Origin: Burkholderiales bacterium
Lineage (GTDB): Bacteria > Pseudomonadota > Gammaproteobacteria > Burkholderiales > Nitrosomonadaceae
Direction: 5' to 3'
DNA: 64,000 bases
Assembly: GCA_024235755.1 (NCBI GenBank)
Contig: JACKLV010000002.1
Coordinates: forward strand, 108,546 to 172,545
A model generated the notes under the pieces. The model searched no databases. It worked only from the letters and a program-made list of their open reading frames with translations, and was not told the DNA's origin. A program made the position numbers and the translations under genes. Position 1 is the first letter of the stretch; the number at the start of each line of letters is the position of its first letter. This document shows positions 51,485 through 61,676 of the stretch, piece by piece.

Positions 51485-52633
51485 ATGGCTGAAGATAGTG
51501 ATTTAGAACGTACGGAAGAGGCGACGCCCCAGCGCATACAAAAAGCGCGGGAAGAAGGACAGGTTGCCCGATCGCAGGAATTGACCACGTTCACATTATT
51601 ACTGACAGCAGCCGCTGGTCTGGTTCTTATGGGTGGAAATCTAATCGAGCATCTGTCAAGCATTATGCGTGAGGGAATGCAAATGGAGCGTGACATGGCG
51701 TTCCAGACTGATCGCATGATAAATCGTTTGTATTTATTAGCTATCGAAAGCCTGTGGTCATTGGCCCCAATATTAGTTCTGTTAATTATTGCAGCGTTTT
51801 TTTCGCCCATGCTGCTTAGTGGTTGGTTATTGAGTACTAAGGCACTCATTCCTGATTTTAAACGTTTAAATCCGGTTTCTGGGTTTGGCAGAATTTTTTC
51901 TATGCATGGACTCACAGAATTACTGAAAGCCATTGCTAAAACAGTTGTCGTCGGCAGTGTTGCTGCGTTGGTGATCTGGGGTAACAAGGATTCCGTACTG
52001 GCGCTGATCGCGATTCCGGTTAATTCAGGTGTTACCAGGACGGGTGAGTTGTTGGTGCTGAGTTTTCTGTTGATCACTGGTGCGATGATACTGATTGTGG
52101 CGATAGACGTGCCATTTCAATTATGGAGTCACGCCAAAAAATTGCGAATGACCAAAGAAGAAATTCGGCGAGAGGCCAAAGAAAGTGAAGGGGATCCTCT
52201 GGTCAAGGGTCGTATCCGAAGTCTGCAGCGTGAGGCAGCACGGCGAAGAATGATGTCTGAAGTGCCCGAAGCTGATGTTATTGTCACAAACCCGACGCAT
52301 TATGCGGTTGCACTGCGATACAAAAGCAATTCGATGGGTGCGCCGAAAGTGGTCGCTAAAGGGGTGCACTTACTTGCGGTACGGATACGTGAATTAGGTG
52401 AAACACACCATGTTCCGATCCTGGAAGCACCGCCACTGGCACGCGCATTGTATCACCATGCAGAACTGGATGCCGAGATACCAGAAAAACTCTATACCGC
52501 AGTTGCGGAAGTCTTGGCTTATGTTTTTCAACTCAAGCGCTATCAGGATTATGGCGGCGATAGGCCAAAGCCGCTTGGAGAAATTAGTGTACCGCACGAA
52601 TTGGAAGTTCCCGAGACTGATAACGTGGAATAA
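51485..52633 (+). CDS. flhB: Flagellar export apparatus protein FlhB
   Basis: It has the N-terminus MAEDSDLERTEEATPQRIQKAREEGQVARS, four TM segments and the NPTH autocleavage site (VTNPTHYAVAL). Confidence 0.93.
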   Translation: MAEDSDLERTEEATPQRIQKAREEGQVARSQELTTFTLLLTAAAGLVLMGGNLIEHLSSIMREGMQMERDMAFQTDRMINRLYLLAIESLWSLAPILVLLIIAAFFSPMLLSGWLLSTKALIPDFKRLNPVSGFGRIFSMHGLTELLKAIAKTVVVGSVAALVIWGNKDSVLALIAIPVNSGVTRTGELLVLSFLLITGAMILIVAIDVPFQLWSHAKKLRMTKEEIRREAKESEGDPLVKGRIRSLQREAARRRMMSEVPEADVIVTNPTHYAVALRYKSNSMGAPKVVAKGVHLLAVRIRELGETHHVPILEAPPLARALYHHAELDAEIPEKLYTAVAEVLAYVFQLKRYQDYGGDRPKPLGEISVPHELEVPETDNVE

Positions 52634-52695
52634 ACATGCATATTTATGTTTTTATCGAGCGATGCTGGTATCAGATTCTGATGTAATTTAGCACC

Positions 52696-54780
52696 ATGAA
52701 TACAACATTGACATTTTCCAGTCTAATGGCTGGAAACAACTTAAAAGCACTGGCCGGACCGATTCTGATCATCATGATTCTGGGAATGATGGTACTGCCT
52801 CTGCCGCCTTTTATTCTGGATGTTTTGTTTACATTCAATATTGCGCTGGCCATTATAGTTCTGATGGTGAGCTTGTATACCAGAAATCCATTGGATTTTG
52901 CAGTATTCCCAACTGTTTTATTGATAACGACGTTGTTGCGGCTATCTTTAAATGTTGCATCTACACGAGTTGTTTTATTGGAAGGACATACGGGCCCTGA
53001 TGCGGCCGGTAAAGTGATAGAGGCCTTTGGGCACTTTTTGGTCGGCGGTAATTATGCAGTCGGGTTGGTTGTTTTCATTATTCTGGTTGTGATCAATTTT
53101 GTTGTGATTACCAAAGGTGCGGGAAGAATTGCTGAAGTAAGCGCGCGCTTCACATTAGATGCAATGCCAGGTAAACAAATGGCAATAGATGCTGATCTGA
53201 ATGCGGGTCTGATTGGTGAGGAAGAAGCGCGCAATCGTCGTTCGGCAATATCCAAAGAAGCCGATTTTTTCGGTTCGATGGATGGCGCCAGTAAGTTTGT
53301 TCGCGGTGATGCAATTGCAGGTGTCATGGTCATGTTGATTACCATTATTGGTGGCTTGGTTGTAGGAATGCTACAGCATGATCTGGATCTGGATACCGCA
53401 GCACGAAATTACACACTATTGACTATAGGTGACGGTCTGGTGGCACAAATTCCGGCGCTGGTAATTTCAACTGCTGCCGGTTTGGTGGTCAGTCGAGTTA
53501 CGACTGATGAGGATTTGAGCGAACAAGTTTTGGGTCAGTTGTTTACTCAACCACAAGTGCTTGTGATTACTGCTAGTATTTTGGCGGTTATGGGGCTTGT
53601 GCCAGGAATGCCGCATTTTGTATTTCTATTATTGGCAAGCACGCTGGGTCTGGGCGCTTATTTTATGAAAACAAGTGCGGCAAAAAAAGAAGCAGAACAG
53701 ACTGAAACGGAAGTTGCACCTGTTATCGAACAACAAGATGCCAGCTGGGATGATGTTACGCCGATTGACACTCTGGGTTTGGAAGTTGGTTACCGGTTAA
53801 TTCCACTCGTAGATAAGGCGCAACAAGGAGATTTATTAAAACGGATTAACGGTATACGGCGTAAATTTGCTCAAGAAATAGGTTTTCTTCCTCCTGTAGT
53901 GCATATTCGCGACAATCTTGAACTGCGACCCAATGCCTATCAGATTACCCTGAAAGGTTCGGTAATTGGGCACGGAGAATCTTATAACGGTATGTATCTT
54001 GCGATTAATCCGGGAAGAGTAACCATGACATTGCCTGGAACGCCAACAAGTGACCCCGCATTTGGACTGCCAGCTGTATGGATTGAAGCCGGACTCAGAG
54101 AACAAGCGCAGGCGAATGGTTATACCGTTGTCGATGCAAGCACTGTGGTCACAACACATATTAATCACCTGATTCATTCGCATGCTTCCGAACTGCTGGG
54201 TCGGCAAGAGCTTCAGCTGCTATTGGATCATTTAAGTAGCAAAGCGCCCAAACTAATTGAAGATCTTGTGCCGAAGCTGTTGCCGTTGTCTTCGGTGCAA
54301 AAAGTGCTTCAGAACTTATTGGTTGAAAATGTACATATCCGAGATATGCGCACCATTATTGATGTGCTGACTGAGCATTCTCCCAATACACAGGATACCG
54401 TTCAGTTGACTGCATATGTTCGGGCTGCGTTGGGGCGCGCGATTGTTGAACAGTTTTTTCCAGCTAACGCAGAGCTGCAGGTCATCGGTTTACACCACGA
54501 ACTGGAAAATATCCTGATGCAAGTTGTACAGACGGGAGGCAAGGAAGGAGGCGGAATAGAGCCAGGATTGGCGGATATGCTGCTTAAAGAAGCAGTCGTC
54601 GCCGTTAGTCAGCAGGAAAAATTGGGCCTGCCGACTGTTTTATTGGTACCGGGTCCAATTCGTAGTTTGTTGTCACACTTTCTGCGCAGAGCAGCGCCTC
54701 AGATCAGTGTGATTGCTCATTCTGAGGTGCCTGATACTCGGAAAATTAAAGTTACTTCCTTAATTGGAGGTCAGTCATGA
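52696..54780 (+). CDS. flhA: Flagellar export apparatus protein FlhA
   Basis: The 694-aa product has the FHIPEP motifs (FLVGGNYAVGLVVF, DAMPGKQMAIDADL, MDGASKFVRGDA). Confidence 0.97.
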   Translation: MNTTLTFSSLMAGNNLKALAGPILIIMILGMMVLPLPPFILDVLFTFNIALAIIVLMVSLYTRNPLDFAVFPTVLLITTLLRLSLNVASTRVVLLEGHTGPDAAGKVIEAFGHFLVGGNYAVGLVVFIILVVINFVVITKGAGRIAEVSARFTLDAMPGKQMAIDADLNAGLIGEEEARNRRSAISKEADFFGSMDGASKFVRGDAIAGVMVMLITIIGGLVVGMLQHDLDLDTAARNYTLLTIGDGLVAQIPALVISTAAGLVVSRVTTDEDLSEQVLGQLFTQPQVLVITASILAVMGLVPGMPHFVFLLLASTLGLGAYFMKTSAAKKEAEQTETEVAPVIEQQDASWDDVTPIDTLGLEVGYRLIPLVDKAQQGDLLKRINGIRRKFAQEIGFLPPVVHIRDNLELRPNAYQITLKGSVIGHGESYNGMYLAINPGRVTMTLPGTPTSDPAFGLPAVWIEAGLREQAQANGYTVVDASTVVTTHINHLIHSHASELLGRQELQLLLDHLSSKAPKLIEDLVPKLLPLSSVQKVLQNLLVENVHIRDMRTIIDVLTEHSPNTQDTVQLTAYVRAALGRAIVEQFFPANAELQVIGLHHELENILMQVVQTGGKEGGGIEPGLADMLLKEAVVAVSQQEKLGLPTVLLVPGPIRSLLSHFLRRAAPQISVIAHSEVPDTRKIKVTSLIGGQS

Positions 54781-56069
54781 AAGTAAAACGCTATTTGGCT
54801 GCAACATCGCGCGAAGCGCTGCGTAAAGTCAAAGCAGATCTCGGTGCTGAAGCCATTATTCTATCCAATAGGAAAACCGATTCAGGTGTTGAAATCATGG
54901 CGTTGGCTGATACGGATATGACTAGTCTGGTAGAAGCGCAACAAACTGAAAATTTGAAGTCACAGGAAAAAAGCAAATCAGCAAACAGCGAGAACGATTA
55001 TGTTCATCGCTCACCGGTCTACGGTTCACAGAATGTTTTGCCTAATACTGGGAATGAAACGGCGGAACGCATACCGGAAAACGTTTTGTCTGAAGAGTTT
55101 GTGCAAACTTTGATGAAAGAGATTCATGCGATGAAATGTACGCTTGAAGATCAGCTGGCAACTGTGGCGTGGGGAAACAACGCACAGCGTAACCCTGAAA
55201 AAATGAAGGTGTTGCGTGCGTTATTGAATGCAGGTTTCAGTCCGTTATTGTCGCGCCGCTTAGTCGACAAATTATCGGAAGGACTTGACTACGAACTAAG
55301 TATGAAGCAGGCAGTTTCTGCATTAACGTTCAATTTACATACGGCGTCTGATGATGAAATGATTCAAAAGGGTGGTGTTTATGCCCTGGTAGGCGCAACA
55401 GGCGTTGGTAAAACAACGACGATAGCTAAGCTTGCGGCGAGGAGCGTTATCAGACACGGTGCAGAAAAAGTTGCATTGCTTACAACGGACAGCTACCGGA
55501 TTGGAGGGCACGAACAGTTACGAGTTTATGGAAGATTATTGGGCTTGTCAGTGAGAAATATTCAAGATGGGGATGATCTTCAACTCACCTTATCCGAGCT
55601 CAGAAATAAGCATATCGTTTTTATTGACACCGTGGGCATGAGTCATCGTGATCAGATGATGGCTGAACAAATTGCAATGCTGAGTAATCCAGAGACAGTG
55701 ATTAACAAAATGCTTGTAATCAGCGCAGCGTCGAGCGATAGAACACTTGACGAGATTATTACAGCTTACCGCAAGTATGACATTCATGGATGCATTGTAA
55801 CCAAAGTGGATGAGGCTGCGGGTCTTGGTGTAGCGCTGGACGCAGTGATCAGGAGGAAACTGGTGCTCCATTATGTGACTAATGGTCAGAAAGTGCCTGA
55901 AGATATTCACTCAGCGAATCCAAGATACCTGTTACATCGGATATTTAATGCAAAACCCAGTGACTCGGCATTTACACTTCAAGATGCGGAGTTCGCGCTG
56001 GTTATGGCGAGAAATAACAATCCGGATGGTTCGGAATCGAAATTATATGCAGGAACAAAACATGAATAA
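54777..56069 (+). CDS. flhF: Flagellar placement SRP-type GTPase FlhF
   Basis: It has GATGVGKTTTIAKLA, DTVG and TKVDE. It makes an ATGA overlap with flhA. Confidence 0.9.
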   Translation: MKVKRYLAATSREALRKVKADLGAEAIILSNRKTDSGVEIMALADTDMTSLVEAQQTENLKSQEKSKSANSENDYVHRSPVYGSQNVLPNTGNETAERIPENVLSEEFVQTLMKEIHAMKCTLEDQLATVAWGNNAQRNPEKMKVLRALLNAGFSPLLSRRLVDKLSEGLDYELSMKQAVSALTFNLHTASDDEMIQKGGVYALVGATGVGKTTTIAKLAARSVIRHGAEKVALLTTDSYRIGGHEQLRVYGRLLGLSVRNIQDGDDLQLTLSELRNKHIVFIDTVGMSHRDQMMAEQIAMLSNPETVINKMLVISAASSDRTLDEIITAYRKYDIHGCIVTKVDEAAGLGVALDAVIRRKLVLHYVTNGQKVPEDIHSANPRYLLHRIFNAKPSDSAFTLQDAEFALVMARNNNPDGSESKLYAGTKHE

Positions 56070-56946
56070 ATTTTCTCGTGATCAGGCTGCTGGGTTGCGT
56101 AATCTGGTTTCTTTGCGGCCAGATAGTTCAGTGCGCGTTATTACCGTTACTGGCGGCGCAAAAGGTATTGGAAAAACGGAAGTGACAGTTAATCTGGCTG
56201 CCGCATTGGCAGAAAAAGGCAAACGGGTATTATTGATCGATGAGAATGCATGTCCGAATAATATTTGTACAAGGCTTGGACTAAAAGCGCGCTTTGATCT
56301 GATCCATGTGATACAGCAAGACAGAAGGTTGGATCAGGTTATTTTGCAAGGGGCGGAGAATCTTTACGTTTTGTCTGCACAAAAAGGTATTCATGCGCTG
56401 TCTAGACTGGATATGACCGGCCAAAAAAGACTCGTCAAAAGCTTTAGTCAGATTTCAGAGTTAATTGATGTCATTTTAATCGATACCGCGATGGAAGGTG
56501 GAACGCATGTGTTGCCGTTGAGCCTTGCATCAGAACAGGTTTTGGTTGTGATTTCGGGCTCGGCCGTTTCGCTGACAGGCGCTTACGCATTAATCAAAAT
56601 AATGAGTAAGGAATATGCCAAAAAACATTTCTTGGTATTTGTTAATAAGGCCGAGACAAAATTGGCAGCGCAGACTGTATTTGAAAATTTTTCACGTGTT
56701 GTTCGCAAGTATCTTGAAATAACACCTGAATTTGCTGGATTTACAGAAATAGATGAAAAAATATTTCAGTCAAACCGATTGTGTCGGCCAGTACTTGGTT
56801 TATTTCCAGGTTCTCACGCCGGCAACAACTTTAGGTTGCTCGCTGATAATGTTTTGTATGCCCCTGGCACGGATTATTTTGAAGGGATGGTTGAAGGTTT
56901 TATGCAGCGCCTCATTCACACAAGTCATTTGAGTATGGCAATTTAA
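56062..56946 (+). CDS. flhG: MinD/ParA-type ATPase FlhG (FleN); alternative ATG at 56047
   Basis: It has the P-loop VTGGAKGIGKTEVTVNLAAAL and a Walker B-like VILIDTA, and sits between flhF and fliA. Confidence 0.85.
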   Translation: MNKFSRDQAAGLRNLVSLRPDSSVRVITVTGGAKGIGKTEVTVNLAAALAEKGKRVLLIDENACPNNICTRLGLKARFDLIHVIQQDRRLDQVILQGAENLYVLSAQKGIHALSRLDMTGQKRLVKSFSQISELIDVILIDTAMEGGTHVLPLSLASEQVLVVISGSAVSLTGAYALIKIMSKEYAKKHFLVFVNKAETKLAAQTVFENFSRVVRKYLEITPEFAGFTEIDEKIFQSNRLCRPVLGLFPGSHAGNNFRLLADNVLYAPGTDYFEGMVEGFMQRLIHTSHLSMAI

Positions 56947-56953
56947 CGGTTCG

Positions 56954-57670
56954 ATGATTATGTATACAGCGACTGGAATTAAAAGTAAGGAAGACTTTGT
57001 CGATGAATTTTCGCCATTGGTTAAGCGGATTGCTTACCATATGATGGCTAAACTTCCCGCTAGTGTTCAAGTGGATGATCTTATTCAAGCTGGAATGATT
57101 GGTCTTCTGGACGCGATAAACCGCTATGAAGGTTCTTATGGCCGACAGTTTGAGAGTTATGCAGCGCAGCGGATTCGGGGTTCAATCCTGGATGAATTGC
57201 GTGATGCGGATTGGCTGCCGCGTAGCATTCGAAAAAAAATGCGGCAAATAGAAGCCGCGGTTAGTACGCTTGAACAACGTAACGGTTGTGCGCCCAGTGA
57301 GCAAGATCTTGCCGATGAATTGAAAATACCGCTGGATGAATATCATTCAACACTTCAAAGTGCGCGAGGCGCTCAGCTGATTTACTATGAGGATTTTCAG
57401 CAAGAAGACGAAGAACCATTTTTAGATCGATTACTTGCAGACAATAAAAACAATCCATTGGAAACACTGGTCGATGAAAATCTCAGAACGCTTTTGGTAC
57501 AGGCGATAGAGAATTTGCCGCCACGCGAGAAAATGGTGATGGGTATGCATTATGAGCAGGAAATGAATCTGCGGGAGATCGGAGAGGTTTTGGGTGTAAG
57601 TGAGTCGCGCGTGTGTCAATTGCATACCCAGGCAATAGCGCGTTTGCGCAGTCGCATGAGAAATCTTTAA
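56954..57670 (+). CDS. fliA: Flagellar sigma factor FliA (sigma-28)
   Basis: Regions 2 to 4 are present (DDLIQAGMIGLLDAINRY, LREIGEVLGVSESRVCQLHTQA). Confidence 0.93.
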   Translation: MIMYTATGIKSKEDFVDEFSPLVKRIAYHMMAKLPASVQVDDLIQAGMIGLLDAINRYEGSYGRQFESYAAQRIRGSILDELRDADWLPRSIRKKMRQIEAAVSTLEQRNGCAPSEQDLADELKIPLDEYHSTLQSARGAQLIYYEDFQQEDEEPFLDRLLADNKNNPLETLVDENLRTLLVQAIENLPPREKMVMGMHYEQEMNLREIGEVLGVSESRVCQLHTQAIARLRSRMRNL

Positions 57671-57691
57671 GCTAAGAATTATTAATCGTCG

Positions 57692-58474
57692 ATGACTCCA
57701 ATAAATATGATGAGTAATAAAGCTAAGATAGATTTTAGCAGTATAGCCGGAATTGTTCTGGCGTTAGCGGCAGTGATGGGTGGGCAGATGCTCGAAGGTG
57801 GTCATCTGGGCGCATTATTACAGTTTGCCGCTTTCTTTATTGTCATGGGCGGTACGGTTGGCGCTGTATTGTTGCAGAGCCCGGTTAAAGTTTTAATCAA
57901 TGGCGTCAAGATGTTGAAATGGATTCTATTTCCACCGAAAAGGCCGACTCAAGTTTTGATCAAACAATTAGTCGGCTGGTCGTACCTTTCGCGCAAAGAG
58001 GGCTTATTGGTTCTTGAAAGGCATGCAGAGTCTGCGACTGATCCGTTAACCAAAAAAGGGTTGTTGTTGCTTGCGGACGGTAGTAAAGCAGAGAAGCTGC
58101 GTGAAATACTGGAAATTGAGGTGGAAGCGGAAGTTTCATTTCAGCGCCAATCTGCAAAGATTTGGGAAGCGGCTGGTGGTTATGCGCCGACCATCGGTAT
58201 TCTCGGTGCGGTACTCGGATTAATTCATGTCATGGAAAATTTGACTGAACCGAGCCTGTTGGGCAGCGGAATTGCCGTCGCATTTGTCGCCACAATTTAC
58301 GGTGTTGGTCTAGCAAATCTATTTTTTCTTCCAATAGCGAATAAACTGAAAAGCATTATTAATGAGCAACTTGTAATGCGTGAAATGTTGATTGATGGAT
58401 TGGTTGCCATTGCGTACGGAGAAAATCCACGGTTAATCGAGAACCGCCTGATGAGCTACTGTACAGAAAAATAA
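57692..58474 (+). CDS. motA: Flagellar stator protein MotA (PomA/MotC-like short form)
   Basis: It has four TM helices, the MotA/ExbB signature YAPTIGILGAVLGLI...GIAVAFVATIYGVGLAN, and is 260 aa long. Confidence 0.85.
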   Translation: MTPINMMSNKAKIDFSSIAGIVLALAAVMGGQMLEGGHLGALLQFAAFFIVMGGTVGAVLLQSPVKVLINGVKMLKWILFPPKRPTQVLIKQLVGWSYLSRKEGLLVLERHAESATDPLTKKGLLLLADGSKAEKLREILEIEVEAEVSFQRQSAKIWEAAGGYAPTIGILGAVLGLIHVMENLTEPSLLGSGIAVAFVATIYGVGLANLFFLPIANKLKSIINEQLVMREMLIDGLVAIAYGENPRLIENRLMSYCTEK

Positions 58475-58515
58475 ACTTGATACACTTTTGAACTGCTAAG
58501 TAACGATAACAGATC

Positions 58516-59307
58516 ATGGCAAGAAAAAAATTCTACACTAATGAAGACGTCCATGAGAATCATGAGCGCTGGCTTGTTTCGTATGCGGATTTTATTACCT
58601 TGCTGTTTGCTTTTTTTGTAGTCATGTACGCGGTCTCTTCCATCAATGAAGGTAAGTACAAAGTACTGAGCGGCTCTTTAGTCAATGCATTCAAAAATCC
58701 TGCTATTAATTCTGGGGCTATGCAGCAGATTCACGTGGCACCCATGATTAAAAAAGAACCGCAGCAGGAAAGTCTTATTAAAGTAATGGAAGAAAAGGAA
58801 GTTCAGCGTATTAAAAAACAGGAAGTAATGGAATCCATGGCGAAGAATGTGCTGAAAGTGTTGGCGCCATTGGTTGATAATGGAAAAGTCAGAGTGACGC
58901 AAAGTAATTTGGGCATTACCGTGGAAATTAATGCAAGTGTGCTTTTTTCTCCCGGTGAGGCGCAGTTGTCCGATGATTCGATTGAGACACTGCAGGCAGT
59001 GGCGCAAGTGTTAAAACAGCATAATCATGAAATTCAGGTTGAAGGTCATACTGATAATCTGCCTATCCATAATGCGTTCTTTCCATCTAACTGGGAATTG
59101 TCTACGGCGCGGGCAAGCAGCGTTATTCGATTGTTCATTAATAGTGGACTCAGTGGACAAAAGCTGACAGCAATTGGTTATGGTGAAAACAGGCCTGTGG
59201 AAACCAACGATACTATCGAGGGCCGAATGCGCAATCGACGGGTTACCATTATGATTATGTCTAATGAACAAGAGAAAGTAACAGAAATTCCTGTCAGTCT
59301 GAATTAG
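58516..59307 (+). CDS. motB: Flagellar stator protein MotB (OmpA-like peptidoglycan-binding C-terminus)
   Basis: The N-terminal plug/TM region carries the conserved Asp (WLVSYADFITLLFAFFVVMY). The C-terminus has GHTDN...NWELSTARA...NRRV. Confidence 0.85.
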   Translation: MARKKFYTNEDVHENHERWLVSYADFITLLFAFFVVMYAVSSINEGKYKVLSGSLVNAFKNPAINSGAMQQIHVAPMIKKEPQQESLIKVMEEKEVQRIKKQEVMESMAKNVLKVLAPLVDNGKVRVTQSNLGITVEINASVLFSPGEAQLSDDSIETLQAVAQVLKQHNHEIQVEGHTDNLPIHNAFFPSNWELSTARASSVIRLFINSGLSGQKLTAIGYGENRPVETNDTIEGRMRNRRVTIMIMSNEQEKVTEIPVSLN

Positions 59308-59414
59308 ATTGTTATTATTGTATTTTCAATCAATTAATTGTCATTAAAGAATCGGAAAATACGGATCATGATGTGCAAGATATGATGTTATTCCAATGAG
59401 TTAGGTGCATAATT

Positions 59415-59435
59415 TTGCCAAATTCGGTTTGGCAA
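59415..59435. terminator. Weak AT-rich hairpin between convergent motB and rng, a possible bidirectional terminator
   Basis: The stem TTGCCAAA/TTTGGCAA has a 5-nt loop and is flanked by T-runs on both sides. Confidence 0.35.
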
Positions 59436-59468
59436 TTTAATCAAACGGTCATCGTTACTAGCCGATGG

Positions 59469-60950
59469 CTACATAATGATCACGTCATACTGTTCTTGCG
59501 AATAGGTTTCTTCGACCTGAAGACTGATGGGTTTGGCAATAAAGTCGCCAAGTTGTGCGAGGCTTTGGGATTCTTCATCGAGAAACAAATCAATCACTTG
59601 TTGAGATGCCAGGATACGAAATTCATTCGCATCAAACTGGCGTGATTCACGTAGTAATTCACGCAGTATTTCGTAACAGACCGTCTGTGCAGTTTTAATC
59701 TCGCCACGTCCGCCGCAAGTGGGGCACGGTTCACAAAGGATATGCGAAAGGCTTTCACGCATACGTTTGCGCGTCATTTCGACGAGTCCTAGTGAACTGA
59801 AATCGTTAACGGTCATGCGTGTACGATCTTTTGACAATGTTTTTTTGAATTCGGTTAATACTGCTTTTTTATGCTCTTCCGAATCCATATCAATAAAATC
59901 GATGACAATAATACCGCCAATATTACGTAGACGCATTTGTCTGGCAATGACTTGTGCGGCTTCTAGATTGGTTTTAAAGATTGTGTCATCAAAGTTGCGC
60001 ACGCCAATAAACCCACCTGTATTGACGTCCATAGTGGTGAGTGCTTCTGTTTGATCGATGATGAGATACCCGCCGGATTTTAGGTTGACACGTTTTGCTA
60101 GGGATTTCTGAATTTCATCATCGACACCGTAGAGATCAAATAGCGGGCGCTCGCCGGCGTATAACGTAATTCGATCGGCAATGTTTGGCATATAGCTGCG
60201 CGCGAATGCCGTCAGGCGTTGATGGTTTTCCCGTGAGTCGACCTGGATACATGATGTGTTTTCATTAACAAAGTCGCGTAAAACTCTATGACTTAAATCC
60301 AGATCCTGATAAAGCAATACGGGCGCTGAAGCGGTTAGGGCAGTTTCTTGGATATTATTCCAGAGTTTGTGCAGGTATTCGATATCCGCACGTAAATCGT
60401 CCTCATCTGCAGTTTCAGCCATTGTGCGTATGATATAGCCGCCAGACTCTTCGTTCGGCAGCACTTGTAGTAATTTCTGACGTAAAAACTCACGTTCTAC
60501 GTCATCTTCAATGCGTTGCGATATGCCGATATGTGATTCCTGCGGAAGATAGACCAACATTCGGCCTGCCAGGCTGATCTGGGTAGATAAACGCGCGCCT
60601 TTCATACCGATTGCGTCTTTGATAACCTGAACCAGGATGTAATTGCCTTCAAACAATAATTTTTCGATAGGTTGCGCAAATCGACCGCTGTGACTTGGTT
60701 CCCAGATGTCAGCTACATGTAAGAAAGCAGCACGCTCAAGCCCGATATCGATAAAAGCCGATTGCATACCGGGTAATACACGGCTAACACGACCGTGATA
60801 AATATTACCGACGATTCCGCAATTGCTCGAGCGTTCAATGTGTAATTCTTGTGTAACTGCTTGTTCCAAAATGGCAACACGGGTTTCCTGAGGAGTGGTA
60901 TTTATTAGAATTTCATTATCCATAGAGACTGGCAAACCAAAATACGGCAT
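59469..60950 (-). CDS. rng: Ribonuclease G
   Basis: It has an S1 domain (GNIYHGRVSRVLPGMQSAFIDIG), the RNase E/G catalytic core (GGIIVIDFIDM) and a zinc link (CPTCGGRG). The product is 493 aa. Confidence 0.9.
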   Translation of the reverse strand: MPYFGLPVSMDNEILINTTPQETRVAILEQAVTQELHIERSSNCGIVGNIYHGRVSRVLPGMQSAFIDIGLERAAFLHVADIWEPSHSGRFAQPIEKLLFEGNYILVQVIKDAIGMKGARLSTQISLAGRMLVYLPQESHIGISQRIEDDVEREFLRQKLLQVLPNEESGGYIIRTMAETADEDDLRADIEYLHKLWNNIQETALTASAPVLLYQDLDLSHRVLRDFVNENTSCIQVDSRENHQRLTAFARSYMPNIADRITLYAGERPLFDLYGVDDEIQKSLAKRVNLKSGGYLIIDQTEALTTMDVNTGGFIGVRNFDDTIFKTNLEAAQVIARQMRLRNIGGIIVIDFIDMDSEEHKKAVLTEFKKTLSKDRTRMTVNDFSSLGLVEMTRKRMRESLSHILCEPCPTCGGRGEIKTAQTVCYEILRELLRESRQFDANEFRILASQQVIDLFLDEESQSLAQLGDFIAKPISLQVEETYSQEQYDVIIM

Positions 60951-60998
60951 GAGGCAGTGAATTGATGCGCAAGGAGAGGGCGATTAACACAACTTAGT

Positions 60999-61622
60999 TT
61001 ATTTGAATATCTCTATTCCTACTTCTTCCAGTAGTTGTGATGTTTCAAACAATGGCAGCCCCTTAACGCCGCTATAACTCCCGCTGATTTCTGCTATAAA
61101 AACTGCGGCCAACCCCTGAATTGCATAGGCGCCGGCTTTGTCATAGACATTGTCATATTCGATACAATAGCGAATTTCCTGTGGTGTGATATCGCGAAAA
61201 CGCACAGTTGTTGTCGACAGTTTAATTTGCGTTTTATTTTTAAAAACAACGCCGATAGCTGTCAGTACTTGATGAGATCGACCTGACAGCGTTGCCAACA
61301 TTTCTTCGGCATGCGTTTGGTTTTTCGGTTTTCCCAGAATGCAGCCGTCTAATGAAACTACGGTGTCCGCCACTAAAACAGGCAGCAATGGCAACTGTCG
61401 CTGAGCCAGTCGCAACCAGCTGGCTTCGGCTTTTGTGCTGGTAATGCGATAGACATAGTCACTTGGCGATTCATTCTGAAGTGGTGTTTCATCAATATCG
61501 TTGGGCCGGCTCAATGTTTCACGCATGAGTAGAATTTTAAATTTAACACCAATCTGCTTGAGTAGTTCGCGTCTTCGTAGACTGCGCGATGCAAGGTAAA
61601 TTTGATTTTCTGGAAAAGCCAT
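60999..61622 (-). CDS. maf: Maf-family nucleoside triphosphate pyrophosphatase
   Basis: The motifs LASRSLRRRELL and DKAGAYAIQG are present. The rng-maf-rlmH neighbourhood is conserved. Confidence 0.9.
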   Translation of the reverse strand: MAFPENQIYLASRSLRRRELLKQIGVKFKILLMRETLSRPNDIDETPLQNESPSDYVYRITSTKAEASWLRLAQRQLPLLPVLVADTVVSLDGCILGKPKNQTHAEEMLATLSGRSHQVLTAIGVVFKNKTQIKLSTTTVRFRDITPQEIRYCIEYDNVYDKAGAYAIQGLAAVFIAEISGSYSGVKGLPLFETSQLLEEVGIEIFK

Positions 61623-61676
61623 AATGATAATTTATCTCAAAATATGGATTTTAGTCGTCAATTTTTAAATTTATTA

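Noticed and set aside
51394-52077. A 227-aa ORF on the minus strand upstream of and antisense to flhB.
   Set aside because: It overlaps the strongly supported flhB frame almost completely. Its product is Ser/Asn/Arg-rich and low in complexity with no motifs. This is a typical shadow ORF.
55882-56061. A long N-terminal extension of the flhG ORF overlapping 188 nt of flhF.
   Set aside because: The extension has no similarity to FlhG N-termini and lies in the flhF coding region. Starts at 56047 or 56062 give a normal FlhG.
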